The notes below the pieces were generated by a model, which did not search any database, had not been told where the DNA came from, and saw nothing but the letters and a program-made list of their open reading frames with translations. Made by a program: the position numbers and the translations under genes. Below, piece by piece: positions 9,251-19,556 of a stretch of DNA of 64,000 nucleotides. Location: assembly GCA_003169695.1 (NCBI GenBank), contig PNAS01000027.1, positions 40,488 through 104,487 of the forward strand, read 5' to 3'. Source of the stretch: Spartobacteria bacterium (GTDB lineage: Bacteria > Verrucomicrobiota > Verrucomicrobiia > Chthoniobacterales > UBA10450). How positions within the stretch are numbered: position 1 is the first letter of the stretch; every line of letters starts with the position of its first letter.

Positions 9251-10393
9251 TCATATTCTGGGCGTCGTTCGCGCCTGGATCATCGTCCGTTTCCGATTCG
9301 CCGGCTCGAGTACTCCTTGACGATAAATGTTCAGCAGCAATCCAATTCCAAAAAGGCACGCGGCAAGATTCGATCCTCCGTAGCTCACAAACGGGAGCGG
9401 CAAGCCTTTATTGGGCAGGAGCGATGTCGTGACACCGATGTTGACCGCCGCTTGCAGTCCGAGAAGCGAGACGATCCCGCAGCCGAGAAGCAACCCGACG
9501 CGATCCTTCGCATGCAGCGCGATCATCATCCCGCACACAATGATTACAACAAAGAGGAACACGACGACCAAACTCACCCGCAAACCAAGTTCCTCGCCGA
9601 TCATCGGGAAGATGAAATCGGTGTGCGCATATGGGAGGTAAAGCATTTTCTGCCGGCCGTTCCCGAGGCCGAGACCTTCCATTCCGCCACTTCCCCACGC
9701 GATCAGAGCCTGCATTTGCTGCAAGCCGGCGTCGTCTTTGAAGCGTTCGGGATCCATAAACGCCGAGAGCCGGGCCATACGTTCCGACATGTGCGTCGCG
9801 ACGAAGAGAATGCCGGCCAGGCCACCTAACGAGAGCAGGCCGAGGAGCACCGGGTTGGTTCCCGCGACGAACATGATCACGAACATCGTTGCGCCGATTA
9901 GCGCGGTCGTTCCGAGATCGACTTCCGTCACGATTAGCAGCAAGAGTGTGACGACGATGGCGAATGGAATCATGAAACCCTGCAGGATACGGCCCGCTCC
10001 CTTTTCATAACGGGCGAACCACCAGGCGAGAAAAAAGACGACGGCGATCTTCGCGATTTCCGACGGCTGAAATGTAACCGGACCGAGTCCGATCCAACGG
10101 CGCGAACCGTTGATGCGCATTCCGAGGTGCGGCACGAAACAAAGCAAGAGAGCGATGAGGGCCAGTCCAAACCAGATCCACCACGTCCGCTGCCAGAAAT
10201 GGTAGTCGACCAGCGCTGCCACGGTGCACCCAATGAGACCGACGCCGAGCCAGACCACCTGTCTCTTCACGAAAAAATAGACGTCACCGTGACTGTCGCG
10301 CGCGAACGCACTCGTGCTGAAAAGCATAACGATGCCGATGACCAGCATGCCGAGAACTGCCAGGAACAAAAAGTAGGCGCTCTTGCGATGCAT
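9251..10393 (-). CDS. ftsW: SEDS peptidoglycan polymerase FtsW
   Basis: NGSRRWI, QPSEIAK, LPYAHTDFIF and GLPLPFVSYGGS motifs; multiple TMs. Confidence 0.96.
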   Translation of the reverse strand: MHRKSAYFLFLAVLGMLVIGIVMLFSTSAFARDSHGDVYFFVKRQVVWLGVGLIGCTVAALVDYHFWQRTWWIWFGLALIALLLCFVPHLGMRINGSRRWIGLGPVTFQPSEIAKIAVVFFLAWWFARYEKGAGRILQGFMIPFAIVVTLLLLIVTEVDLGTTALIGATMFVIMFVAGTNPVLLGLLSLGGLAGILFVATHMSERMARLSAFMDPERFKDDAGLQQMQALIAWGSGGMEGLGLGNGRQKMLYLPYAHTDFIFPMIGEELGLRVSLVVVFLFVVIIVCGMMIALHAKDRVGLLLGCGIVSLLGLQAAVNIGVTTSLLPNKGLPLPFVSYGGSNLAACLFGIGLLLNIYRQGVLEPANRKRTMIQARTTPRI

Positions 10394-10497
10394 CTAGTTT
10401 CGTGGCGGCGGCGGCGGCACGGGTGGACAAAAGCGTTGCCCGTACGCGCGATTAGCGCTCGCCGCGGCGAGCGCCTTTATATTCGTTCGATGTTTCA

Positions 10498-11076
10498 CTA
10501 GTCGGCTTTCTTCGGCTTCGTGGGTTTGGTTGGGATGATCAGTTTCTGTCCGATTTGAAGCTTGTGCGGATCCTCGATGTGGTTCGCCGCCATGAGGTCG
10601 TCGTAGGGAACTTTCAACTTTCGCGCGATCGAGACGGGGTTGTCCCCTTTCGCGACGACGTAAGTTTTCGGGGCATCCGATTTTGTCGAATTGTTCTCCG
10701 TTGGTTTCGCGTGGTCGCTCTTGCGATCGTCTTTCGCGACTGACTTCGGCGGCACTTTCGCCATCCTCGATTCGTCACTCCGTGTCGAAGCGAAAACGGT
10801 CGAACCCTCGGATTTTGCCGAGGTAATTGACGCAACTTTCGCGCTTGCGCTTTCACTCGAAATCGGCGGAAGAGGACCCTGCCGCGTCTTGATGGTGTTG
10901 AAAGCGATGATGCCGGCGACGGCCACAACGTGAAGCACGAGCACAATGAGCAGCGCGCGAGAGAGCTTCATGTTCGGTTCGGACATCTCTTCATAGTCCA
11001 TTTCCGCCGCGCCGAGAGCGCGGCGCGCAGTCGTAGCGCGCAGTTTTTTGCGAGTGAAAAGCTGGGGTAGTTTCAT
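10498..11076 (-). CDS. Single-TM protein with C-terminal LysM domain
   Basis: TM segment ALLIVLVLHVVAVAGIIAF; C-terminal YVVAKGDNPVSIARKL...LQIGQKLIIP; start moved to ATG 11076 just after the murD stop. Confidence 0.85.
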   Translation of the reverse strand: MKLPQLFTRKKLRATTARRALGAAEMDYEEMSEPNMKLSRALLIVLVLHVVAVAGIIAFNTIKTRQGPLPPISSESASAKVASITSAKSEGSTVFASTRSDESRMAKVPPKSVAKDDRKSDHAKPTENNSTKSDAPKTYVVAKGDNPVSIARKLKVPYDDLMAANHIEDPHKLQIGQKLIIPTKPTKPKKAD

Positions 11077-11080
11077 GATG

Positions 11081-12406
11081 TTATTTGGGCAAGGCGTGCA
11101 CCAGGGCACGAAATTGATCGCCGCGATCGGCGTAGCTCTTGAACATGTCGAAGGAGGACGTGCCCGGAGAAAAAAGGACGACTTCACCGGGCTTTGCGAT
11201 CGCGTGCGCACGCTCGACTGCGTCGGCCAGCGAGTGCGCGATCTCGCAGGGAACCGCAGCCTTCCAATCCTGCGCGATCCGCTCGGCCAGCTCTCCGATC
11301 AGAACCGCGGCCCGAACTCTCTCGGAAACGAGCGGCCGCAGCGTTTCGAAGGTGAATCCCTTGTCCTTTCCGCCCGCGATCAAAATCACACTCTTGTTCT
11401 GCGCGAGCAGCCCCTTTTCGACTGCGTCGAGATTGGTCGCCTTGGAATCGTTGACGTAGGTCACGTCGCCGACTTCCCGCACGAATTCACACCGATGCGG
11501 CCGCGACTCGTACGCAGAGAGCGGCGGGATCATTTGCTCGAACGACAAGCCACGCGCGAGACCAACGGCGAGCGTGGCCATGATGTTTTCGATATTGTGC
11601 GAGCCGCGCAACTTCGTTTCCGCCATGCGGAGGACTGGCGCGTTTTGAAAAACGATCGATCCACCTTCGAGGCGGAAATCCGCGTGATCCGCGTAGGCGC
11701 TGAAGGTGACCGTCCCCGCCGCGATTTTCGGCAGCGTTTCGCCGGCATTTACAACCGCAACGTCGTCCGTCGTTTGATTTTCAAAAATGTGCAGCTTCGC
11801 CGCGCGATATTCTGCGACCGAGCGATAGCGATCGAGATGGTCGGGGGCAAAATTCAGCCAGACGCTGATCGAAGGCCGGAACGTCCGGATGGTTTCGAGC
11901 TGGAATGAGCTCACTTCCACGGTGAGCACGTCGAGGTCATGCTGTTCCAGCGCGACTTCGCAGAGCGGCTTGCCGATGTTGCCGCAAGCAATCGTGCGCT
12001 GTCCGCACGCATTCAACATCTGCGCGAGCAACTCCGTGGTGGTCGTCTTTCCGTTTGTGCCGGTAATGGCGATGACCGGCACGTTTACCGAACGCCAACC
12101 CAGCTCGAGCTCCCCCATCGTCTCTATGTTTCGCGACGAAAAATTCGTCGCGAGTGGTGAGATCGAATCGATGCCCGGACTCAGGACAACAAAATCATAC
12201 GCGGAGGAATCTTGCTCGGCCGCGGGACCGCAACGCACCTCCACTCCGCGCGCGCGCAGGTTTTCGATCGTAGATTTCAGTAAAGTTTTTTCATCGGCGC
12301 TGTCCAGAACGGTGACATCGGCGCCCTCACTTCGGAGCAAAAGCGCCGCGGCGGTCCCGCTCAATCCCGCTCCCAGCACCGCAACTTTTTTGCCCTGGTA
12401 TTTCAC
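11081..12406 (-). CDS. murD: UDP-MurNAc-L-Ala--D-Glu ligase
   Basis: LGAGLSG, TGTNGKTTT, EVSSFQLE, DHLDRY, NDSKATN and SPGTSSFD motifs. Confidence 0.97.
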   Translation of the reverse strand: MKYQGKKVAVLGAGLSGTAAALLLRSEGADVTVLDSADEKTLLKSTIENLRARGVEVRCGPAAEQDSSAYDFVVLSPGIDSISPLATNFSSRNIETMGELELGWRSVNVPVIAITGTNGKTTTTELLAQMLNACGQRTIACGNIGKPLCEVALEQHDLDVLTVEVSSFQLETIRTFRPSISVWLNFAPDHLDRYRSVAEYRAAKLHIFENQTTDDVAVVNAGETLPKIAAGTVTFSAYADHADFRLEGGSIVFQNAPVLRMAETKLRGSHNIENIMATLAVGLARGLSFEQMIPPLSAYESRPHRCEFVREVGDVTYVNDSKATNLDAVEKGLLAQNKSVILIAGGKDKGFTFETLRPLVSERVRAAVLIGELAERIAQDWKAAVPCEIAHSLADAVERAHAIAKPGEVVLFSPGTSSFDMFKSYADRGDQFRALVHALPK

Positions 12407-12409
12407 AAT

Positions 12410-13510
12410 TTACCTCAGCTTCAGCGTTGCCAATCCGAGGAGCGCGAAAATGGCCGACAGAATCCAGAACCGCACGATCACGGTATTTTCCTTCCAGCCA
12501 CTCAGCTCGAAATGATGGTGGATCGGCGACATCAGGAAGATGCGTTTGCCGGTCAGTCGAAAACTCAGCACCTGAAGGATCACGGAAACGGCTTCGAGAA
12601 CGAAGACCCCACCTACGACCGCAAGGAGCAGTTCTTGTTTGCAACAGATCGCGATGACCCCGATCACTCCGCCGATCGCGAGCGCTCCTGTGTCGCCCAT
12701 GATGATTTTCGCGGGATGGCAGTTGAACCAGAGAAACCCCAGACAGGCTCCAACGAGCGCCGAACAAACCACGGCGAGCTCTCCGGTGTAGGGATAAAAC
12801 GGGACCTGGAGGTATTCCGCGATGCGAAAATTTCCGGCCGCGTAGGAAAGCAACGCGTAGGCAAAAGCGACCGTGATCGTGCAGCCGATGGCGAGGCCAT
12901 CCAGCCCGTCGGTGAGATTGACTGCGTTCGACGAGCCCACGATGACGAACGCGAAAAAAACGAGGGTCATCCAGCCCATATTCGCGATGACCGGAGCCTT
13001 GAAGAACGGCAGATAGAGCGAGCGGGCCTGAACTTCGATAAGCGGATTAGTCAGGAAAACCGCTGTGACGATGGCCGCGAGAGCGATTTGAAAAACCAGT
13101 TTGAACCGACCGCTGATGCCATCGGATTTCTTCTTCGTAACCTTCAGGTAATCATCCGCAAACCCAAGCGCCCCGAGATAAACCATGCTGAAGAGGGCCA
13201 GCCAAACGAAGCGGTTATCCGGTCGCGCCCACAGGAAACTCGAGAGCACAACGGTGCCGATCACGAGGACGCCGCCCATCGTGGGCACGCCTTGTTTGCT
13301 GCTGTGCAATTCAGCCAGCCGATGCACTTCGTCCGCCGTCCGAATCGGCTGACCAGCCTTGAGCGCAATCAACTTTCGAATGACGTAATTGCCGAAGGCA
13401 AGCGAAAGGACGAAAGCCGTGACCGCCGCTGCGACCGCGCGAAACGTCACATAATTAAAAACGTTGAAGCCTTTTATCTCCTCACTCAGGAGATGGAGGT
13501 AATACATCAT
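12410..13510 (-). CDS. mraY: Phospho-MurNAc-pentapeptide transferase
   Basis: PTMGG, NAVNLTDGLDGL, MGDTG and PIHHHFE motifs. Confidence 0.97.
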   Translation of the reverse strand: MMYYLHLLSEEIKGFNVFNYVTFRAVAAAVTAFVLSLAFGNYVIRKLIALKAGQPIRTADEVHRLAELHSSKQGVPTMGGVLVIGTVVLSSFLWARPDNRFVWLALFSMVYLGALGFADDYLKVTKKKSDGISGRFKLVFQIALAAIVTAVFLTNPLIEVQARSLYLPFFKAPVIANMGWMTLVFFAFVIVGSSNAVNLTDGLDGLAIGCTITVAFAYALLSYAAGNFRIAEYLQVPFYPYTGELAVVCSALVGACLGFLWFNCHPAKIIMGDTGALAIGGVIGVIAICCKQELLLAVVGGVFVLEAVSVILQVLSFRLTGKRIFLMSPIHHHFELSGWKENTVIVRFWILSAIFALLGLATLKLR

Positions 13511-14901
13511 GTCGTTACCTCCGCGGTTGACTGGCGTTTCGAGAACGCTTCCAACACGCGCTCCATCCGCGCCGAGCGGCTGCCTTTGACGAGAATCAAA
13601 TCGCCAGGCGAGGCCGTTTCCCCGAGCAGCTCAGCGGCATCGTCTGGTGAATCAACGGAGAGGCTCTTCTCCAAACCGGCGTTCTGCGCCGCGCGCGCTA
13701 TGGCCGCGCCTGTCGCGCCGACCGCGATCAACTCATCGATGCCGAGCGCCGCCGCGGCCTCACCCACTTCCCGATGGCCACGGTCCGATCCTTCACCCAG
13801 CTCGCTCATCTGCCCGAGGACGGCGATGCGCCGGCCGTCTGCGTCCAGTTCGACGAGCGTGCGGAGCGCCGCTTTCATCGAATCGGGATTCGCGTTGTAA
13901 CTGTCGTCGATGAACTGAATGCCGTTGATTTCCCTAATTTGCAGACGCGCTTTCGTGAGCGGAGCGGAGGCAAGGCCAGCAGCGCAATCCTCCAACGAAA
14001 GGCCAAACGCGCGGCCCGCCGCGACGGCCAGCATCGCATTTTGCACCATGTGAATTCCCGGCACCGGCAGTTGTGCGCGACATCGGTGTGCGCCTTCCAA
14101 TATCGTGAACTCGCATCCGGTCGGGCTTTGGCGCACCTCGCTTGCGCGAACCGAGCCGTTCTCGATTCCAGCAAGAATCACTTTTGCGCGGGTGCGTTCG
14201 CTGAGGGCTTGGCTAAATGGATCGTCCGCATTCAAGATCACCGTCCCGTCGGCGCCGACAGCTTCCGCCAGAGCTCCTTTCTCCGCGGCGATCGCTTCAC
14301 GGCTGCCCATGAATTCGATATGCGCGAGACCAACGTTCGTGATGATCGCGGCATCCGGAGCGGCGAGCTTCGACAGCGTAGCGATTTCTCCCGGATGATT
14401 CATTCCGATTTCCCACACGGCGATTTCGTCGCTCGAAGATGCAGCGAGCATCGTCTGCGGAAGACCCACGTGGTTGTTGAAATTCCCTTCTGTTTTTGTG
14501 ACCCGGAATCCGCGCGAGAGGGTCGCGGCGACAAAATCCTTTGTGCTGGTTTTGCCGTTGCTACCCGTAATGACGACTACCTTCAACGGTAATGATCTTC
14601 GGTAGTTTGCAGCGAGGTTTTGATAGCCTGCGAGCGTGTCGGGAACACGAATAAGAGCGAAGGTTTTAGTGGTCGTGCCTTTCCAACTCTCTTCGACCAT
14701 CGCGCCCACGGCGCCACGCTCGCTGGTTTGCTCGATGAATTTATGCCCGTCGAAGTTTTCGCCTCGCAACGGTACAAAAAGATCGCCTGGTTGCAGCGTT
14801 CTCGAGTCTGTGCTGATCTTCGAAACGGTCAGTGCGGCGTCGCCGGCACTAAGCGAGCCCTGCGCGAATTCGGCGATCTTGCGGAGTGAAAGCGGATCCA
14901 T
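13507..14901 (-). CDS. murF: UDP-MurNAc-tripeptide--D-Ala-D-Ala ligase
   Basis: TGSNGKTSTK, NFNNHVG, GMNHPGEI, DDSYNANP and KGSR motifs. Confidence 0.96.
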   Translation of the reverse strand: MDPLSLRKIAEFAQGSLSAGDAALTVSKISTDSRTLQPGDLFVPLRGENFDGHKFIEQTSERGAVGAMVEESWKGTTTKTFALIRVPDTLAGYQNLAANYRRSLPLKVVVITGSNGKTSTKDFVAATLSRGFRVTKTEGNFNNHVGLPQTMLAASSSDEIAVWEIGMNHPGEIATLSKLAAPDAAIITNVGLAHIEFMGSREAIAAEKGALAEAVGADGTVILNADDPFSQALSERTRAKVILAGIENGSVRASEVRQSPTGCEFTILEGAHRCRAQLPVPGIHMVQNAMLAVAAGRAFGLSLEDCAAGLASAPLTKARLQIREINGIQFIDDSYNANPDSMKAALRTLVELDADGRRIAVLGQMSELGEGSDRGHREVGEAAAALGIDELIAVGATGAAIARAAQNAGLEKSLSVDSPDDAAELLGETASPGDLILVKGSRSARMERVLEAFSKRQSTAEVTT

Positions 14902-14903
14902 GA

Positions 14904-16382
14904 TCAGAATTCGAGCGGATGATTTTCCAAAGCATGGCGTGCCACCTGGATGTCGTCGAACGGCACTGTGTGATCGGCAAATTCCTGGTAAGCCTCGTGG
15001 CCTTTGCCAGCGATGAGAACGATGTCGCGCGGCTGAGCCAACTCGATGGCACGGGCGATTGCTTTCGCGCGGTCGGGAATTTTCTCGTAGTGATCCGAGC
15101 GAAAACCTTGTTCAACTTCGGCGATGATTGCGTCGGGATCCTCTTTCCGCGGATTATCCGAGGTGATGATGCCGTAATCGGCATTTTGATCGACCACGCG
15201 ACCCATGAGTGGACGCTTCTGCCGGTCGCGATCGCCGCCGCAACCGAAAACGACAATGAGACGCCTCGGCGAAAGTTCGCGGAGTGTCTTGAGGACGTTG
15301 AGCAACGCGTCGTCAGTGTGGGCGTAATCAACAAAGACCTGAAACTGTCGTTTCGCCGGGACTGCTTCGAGTCGTCCCGGCACTTGGGGTGATCGCGACA
15401 GACTGAGAATCGCTTCGCGCAAGTTAATCCCCAAGCTGCAAGCAGCGGCGAGAGCAGCCATTGAGTTTGCGACGTTGAATCGGCCGATCAATGGAACGCG
15501 CACGAGATAGCTCTTCCCCCGTGCGTCGAGCTGATAGGACGTGCCTGCAAACTCCGCGTGATAATTCGACGCGCGAAAGCCAGCGCGGGCACTCATTCCA
15601 TAGGTGATCACGGGAGTTTTGTTGTCCAGCCGATCGATGAGTTGCGCGCCGTAGCGATCATCGATGTTGATTACGGCCGCCGGGTTCGTCTTCGTCTTCT
15701 GTTCTGCGAGTCCGGTGAAGAGTTGCGTTTTCGCTTCGAAATAATTCTCCATCGTGGCGTGAAAATCGAGATGGTCCTGAGTCAGATTGGTGAAGACAGC
15801 GACGTCCCATTCGAGTCCGCGCGTTCGATCTTGCGCGATCGCGTGGGATGACACTTCCATGGCGACGGCTTTGCATCCGGCGTCCGCGATTTGCGCGAGG
15901 AGTTCCTGAATGTCGAGCGACTCCGGGGTCGTGCGAACCGCAGGCAGAATGCGATCGCCGATTTCATAGCGAACGGTCCCAAGCAATCCGCAGCGCAGTC
16001 CCCCTTTTTCGCAAATGTGTTTCAGCAAAAACGTCGTGGTGGTTTTGCCATTGGTCCCCGTGACCGCGGCAAGCTTGAGCCGGCGCATGGGCCGTTCATA
16101 AAAGGCAGCGCCGAGATCGGCGAGAGCGTGGCGCGTGTTCTCGACCACGATGCACGTGGCGCGCGCTTGTTGAACCTCCTGCTCCGTCACGATGACCGAT
16201 GCACCTTTTTCGATGGCTTGCTCGATGAATTGATGGCCATCGCTTTTTTCGCCGCGCAATGCGACGAAAAGAAAGTTCCTTTGCACACGCCGCGAGTCAT
16301 ACGCGATGCCTTCCACGACGCGATCAAGCGGCCCGGTGACTTGGCGGGGGGAAATCGCCGAGGCGAGAATTTTGAGCTGCAT
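14904..16382 (-). CDS. murE: UDP-MurNAc-dipeptide--diaminopimelate ligase
   Basis: TGTNGKTTT, MEVSSH, DHLDFH, DYAHT, DNPR (meso-DAP-type specificity) and AGKGHE; start chosen at ATG 16382. Confidence 0.96.
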   Translation of the reverse strand: MQLKILASAISPRQVTGPLDRVVEGIAYDSRRVQRNFLFVALRGEKSDGHQFIEQAIEKGASVIVTEQEVQQARATCIVVENTRHALADLGAAFYERPMRRLKLAAVTGTNGKTTTTFLLKHICEKGGLRCGLLGTVRYEIGDRILPAVRTTPESLDIQELLAQIADAGCKAVAMEVSSHAIAQDRTRGLEWDVAVFTNLTQDHLDFHATMENYFEAKTQLFTGLAEQKTKTNPAAVINIDDRYGAQLIDRLDNKTPVITYGMSARAGFRASNYHAEFAGTSYQLDARGKSYLVRVPLIGRFNVANSMAALAAACSLGINLREAILSLSRSPQVPGRLEAVPAKRQFQVFVDYAHTDDALLNVLKTLRELSPRRLIVVFGCGGDRDRQKRPLMGRVVDQNADYGIITSDNPRKEDPDAIIAEVEQGFRSDHYEKIPDRAKAIARAIELAQPRDIVLIAGKGHEAYQEFADHTVPFDDIQVARHALENHPLEF

Positions 16383-16410
16383 GAGGTGGCAAAAGGCGGG
16401 CGCAAGGCGC

Positions 16411-18174
16411 TCAACGGCGTGAGGCATTGGTTAAGGCTACTCGCCCCGCGACGGACGGTTTCCCCACTTCCTCATGCGGCTCAAGATCGAGATAACGCGC
16501 CGCCTTCTCCGCAATGCGCGAAAAGATGGGACCCGCGACAAGGCCGCCGTAGTTCAACTCCGGCTTCGTTGTGTGCGCGTCGTCCAGCACAACGAGTCCG
16601 ACGAACTCCGGATGCTCGGACGGCAAATAACCTGAGAACGAAACGACATACTTCCCGCGCTCGTATCCGCCTTTTGGATCCACTTTTTGCGCTGTGCCGG
16701 TTTTGCCTGAGATGGTGAAACCGGGCACCGCAGCGGCGGCGGCCGTGCCCCGATCGCTCACGACGCCGCGCAACGCATTCCCGATCTGCGCTGCTGTTTC
16801 CGGTGAGATGACCTGGCGCAGAACTACCGGCGAAAATGTGCTCACCGTCTTGCCGTCTTCCGTGGTGATCGACCTTACAATGCGCGGAGTGACGAGTTTG
16901 CCGCCATTCGCGATCGTCGCCATGGCGGAGGTCATTTGCAGCGGCGTCACGCCGACTTCGTGGCCCATCGGGATGCGCGTGATCGAAATCTTGCTCCAGG
17001 ATTGCGGCGGCCGAATCACGCCACCGATTTCGCCGGGCAATTCGATTCCGGTGCGCTCGCCGAATCCAAAGCGCCGGATGTATTCGTAGAATTTCTGGTC
17101 GCCGACCGAGATCGCCAGCTTCGCCGCGCCGATGTTGCTCGATTTCACGAGAATGTCCCGCACGCTCAAGTCCGCGTAAGCCTTGTGATCATGCAGCGGG
17201 CGTCCGCCAAAATTCCAAAGGCCGTTCTCGCAAAAAATGGTCGTATCGGGTCGAACCTTATGCTCATTCAGGGCCGCGGCGGCGCAGACGATCTTAAAAG
17301 TTGAGCCGGGCTCCATCATGTCGATGATGGCGCGGTTTTTCATCTGTTCAGGCTTCGCCTCCGAGCGCTGATTCAGATCGAAGTGCGGGCGGTTCGCCAT
17401 CGCGAGAATCTCACCGGTCTGCGGACGCATGAGGATGATCGTGGCCTTTTGCGGCGTGTATTCGCGCATAGCAGCGTCGATCTCGTTCTCAACGATATTT
17501 TGCAAATTGAGATCGATCGTCAGGTGTACCTGATAACCATTGCGCGGCGTTCGCTCCTGTCCGCGATAAATTACTATTTCCTGACCAGCGCGGTTGTGCT
17601 CGATGTAACGGTAGCCGTCCTGACCATGGAGATATTCCTCCATGGACGATTCCACACCTTGAATGCCGCGATGCTCGAAGTCCGTGAACCCGATCACGTG
17701 ACAAAGCATCGAGCCATTCGGGTAGATGCGCGTGGAATCGCGCTCGAAATAAATGCCGCGCAGGTTTTGGGTGCGCAGTCTCTCTTTCAGCGCGACGGCA
17801 ACCGATTCCGGCACTTCACGCTTCAGAACGATGTAACGCCGGTCGCCCTCTAATTTTTCCGACAGTTCGCCGGCCGGAATTTCCAGCGCGTCACGCAGCA
17901 GTGGGATGAGCGACTCGCGATTGTTCAGGTGCGTCGCATCGGCCACGACCGTCTCGACGGGAGTGTTGTGAGCAAGGACCTCGTTGTTCGCGTCCAGAAT
18001 CGAGCCGCGCTCGGCGTAGATCGCTTGTTTGTAGACGTGTTTTTCAGCAGCGAGCCCGGCGTACTCGTCGTGCTTGATCATCTGCAGATAAACGAGCCGG
18101 AAGGAAAAGGCGCTAAACAACGCCGTGAACGCGAGGCAGACCAGCGCGCAACGAATCCGGCTGTTCCACTTCAT
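16411..18174 (-). CDS. ftsI: Class B penicillin-binding protein (FtsI-like)
   Basis: ERGSILD, EPGSTFK (SxxK), SSN (SxN) and KTGT motifs; position in dcw cluster. Confidence 0.93.
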   Translation of the reverse strand: MKWNSRIRCALVCLAFTALFSAFSFRLVYLQMIKHDEYAGLAAEKHVYKQAIYAERGSILDANNEVLAHNTPVETVVADATHLNNRESLIPLLRDALEIPAGELSEKLEGDRRYIVLKREVPESVAVALKERLRTQNLRGIYFERDSTRIYPNGSMLCHVIGFTDFEHRGIQGVESSMEEYLHGQDGYRYIEHNRAGQEIVIYRGQERTPRNGYQVHLTIDLNLQNIVENEIDAAMREYTPQKATIILMRPQTGEILAMANRPHFDLNQRSEAKPEQMKNRAIIDMMEPGSTFKIVCAAAALNEHKVRPDTTIFCENGLWNFGGRPLHDHKAYADLSVRDILVKSSNIGAAKLAISVGDQKFYEYIRRFGFGERTGIELPGEIGGVIRPPQSWSKISITRIPMGHEVGVTPLQMTSAMATIANGGKLVTPRIVRSITTEDGKTVSTFSPVVLRQVISPETAAQIGNALRGVVSDRGTAAAAAVPGFTISGKTGTAQKVDPKGGYERGKYVVSFSGYLPSEHPEFVGLVVLDDAHTTKPELNYGGLVAGPIFSRIAEKAARYLDLEPHEEVGKPSVAGRVALTNASRR

Positions 18175-18539
18175 CTGCCGGCACGTTTGTTCGCGACCGG
18201 CTGGACGGCGTCTTCCCCGCGCGGGCCCGATGGTGCGCTCAATCGCACGATGTTGTGCTCGGAGACCGGGATCATCTTCAGATAGCCCTCTTTGAGCCGG
18301 CGCTGCATCGCCGAGCGCGAGGTCAAAGCTGCAATCTGCACGCTTGCGACGTCATTTTGCGCACGCAAACTGGTCAGCTCATTCTCGAGCGTCTTCTTGC
18401 GATCGCCCAGATGATAGAGTTGCAGGCTGAGATAAACGTAAATCAATCCGGTCAACGCCAGAAACGCCGTGATCACTATCCAGCGCGCGAGCGAGGCAGC
18501 ATTGACTGAATTGAAAGCTTTTCGGCGCGGTGCGTGCAT
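18171..18539 (-). CDS. FtsL-like protein (TM plus coiled coil)
   Basis: Single TM followed by heptad-like LENELTSLRAQNDVASVQI; canonical ftsL position between rsmH and ftsI. Confidence 0.7.
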   Translation of the reverse strand: MHAPRRKAFNSVNAASLARWIVITAFLALTGLIYVYLSLQLYHLGDRKKTLENELTSLRAQNDVASVQIAALTSRSAMQRRLKEGYLKMIPVSEHNIVRLSAPSGPRGEDAVQPVANKRAGR

Positions 18540-19462
18540 TAGATTTTTTCAGCGACGCGCAACTTCGCGCTCCGCGAGCGTGGATTGACGCGTTGTTCAT
18601 TTTCACCAGGCTCGACCGGCTTCGAAGTGATGAGGCGCAGAGCGAAATCCGGATTGGGTCGTGGTTCCGGCCACTCCGGTCGATCCAGCAACTGGCGGCT
18701 GCGATCGCGGAAGAAATTTTTCACAATCCGATCCTCGAGAGAATGGAAAGTGATGACCGCAATGCGCGCACTGGACTCGAGTCGCGCGGTCAGGATGCGC
18801 AAGCCCTCTTCGAGTGCGCCAAGCTCGTCGTTCACTTCCAAGCGCAACGCCTGGAAAACTTGGGTCGCGGGATGACGCCGTCCGTGCCGCCAGACGATTT
18901 TCTCCACGGCTTTCGCCAACTGCATCGTATCGTGGAAGGGGTTGACCTTGCGCAGCTTGACCAATTGGCTGGCAATGCGCCGCGCGGCGGGCTCTTCCCC
19001 AAACTCACGAAAGATCCGGGTCAGCTCTTCTTCTGTGTAGGAGTTGACGATGGTCGCGGCCGTGAGCTCGCGCCGCGGATCCATCCGCATATCGAGAGGT
19101 CCGTTGCGCATGACGCTGAAACCGCGCTCTGCATTTTCCAATTGGCGCGATGAAACGCCGAGATCGAGCAGCGCACCACCGATGCCCACGATTCCGAGTT
19201 GGTCGAGGGCTTCTCCGACGTTGCGGAAGTTGATCTGCCGCAGGGTGACGCGGCCGCCATATGACGTAAGCCTTTCGCTGGCGTGCTCGATGGCGTCGGG
19301 ATCTTGATCGAGCGCGAGAACATCGGCGCCGGTGCGCAGAATTTCCTCGGTGTGGCCGCCGCCCCCGCAGGTGGCATCGACGACCAATGCGCCGGCGCGG
19401 GGCGCAAGCAGCTCGACGGCTTCCGTCACGAGCACCGGACGATGATAAGTAATGTCCTCCAT
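18539..19462 (-). CDS. rsmH: 16S rRNA m4C1402 methyltransferase RsmH (MraW)
   Basis: HRPV, DATCGGGGH, DLGVSS, PLDMRMD, FQALR, FHSLEDR, NPRSRSAKLR. GAGGAGG RBS precedes ATG 19462; an alternative start exists at 19537. Confidence 0.95.
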   Translation of the reverse strand: MEDITYHRPVLVTEAVELLAPRAGALVVDATCGGGGHTEEILRTGADVLALDQDPDAIEHASERLTSYGGRVTLRQINFRNVGEALDQLGIVGIGGALLDLGVSSRQLENAERGFSVMRNGPLDMRMDPRRELTAATIVNSYTEEELTRIFREFGEEPAARRIASQLVKLRKVNPFHDTMQLAKAVEKIVWRHGRRHPATQVFQALRLEVNDELGALEEGLRILTARLESSARIAVITFHSLEDRIVKNFFRDRSRQLLDRPEWPEPRPNPDFALRLITSKPVEPGENEQRVNPRSRSAKLRVAEKI

Positions 19463-19556
19463 TTCCTGCGCTTCCTCCTCGAACTCCAGCGGACCCGTCG
19501 CGAACCAGATGGGCCGCTCAAACAGCAACGCGTTCATGATTTCTTCGTCACGATCC

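Noticed and set aside
10455..10474. Perfect 20-bp palindrome GCGCTCGCCGCGGCGAGCGC between the LysM gene and ftsW
   Set aside because: No U-tract on the transcribed (minus) strand and GC-rich; function cannot be assigned
12512..13900. Long antisense ORFs (this 462-aa one, 36224-37321, 48286-49260 and similar)
   Set aside because: They lie opposite well-supported genes, lack motifs and are expected shadows in GC-rich DNA
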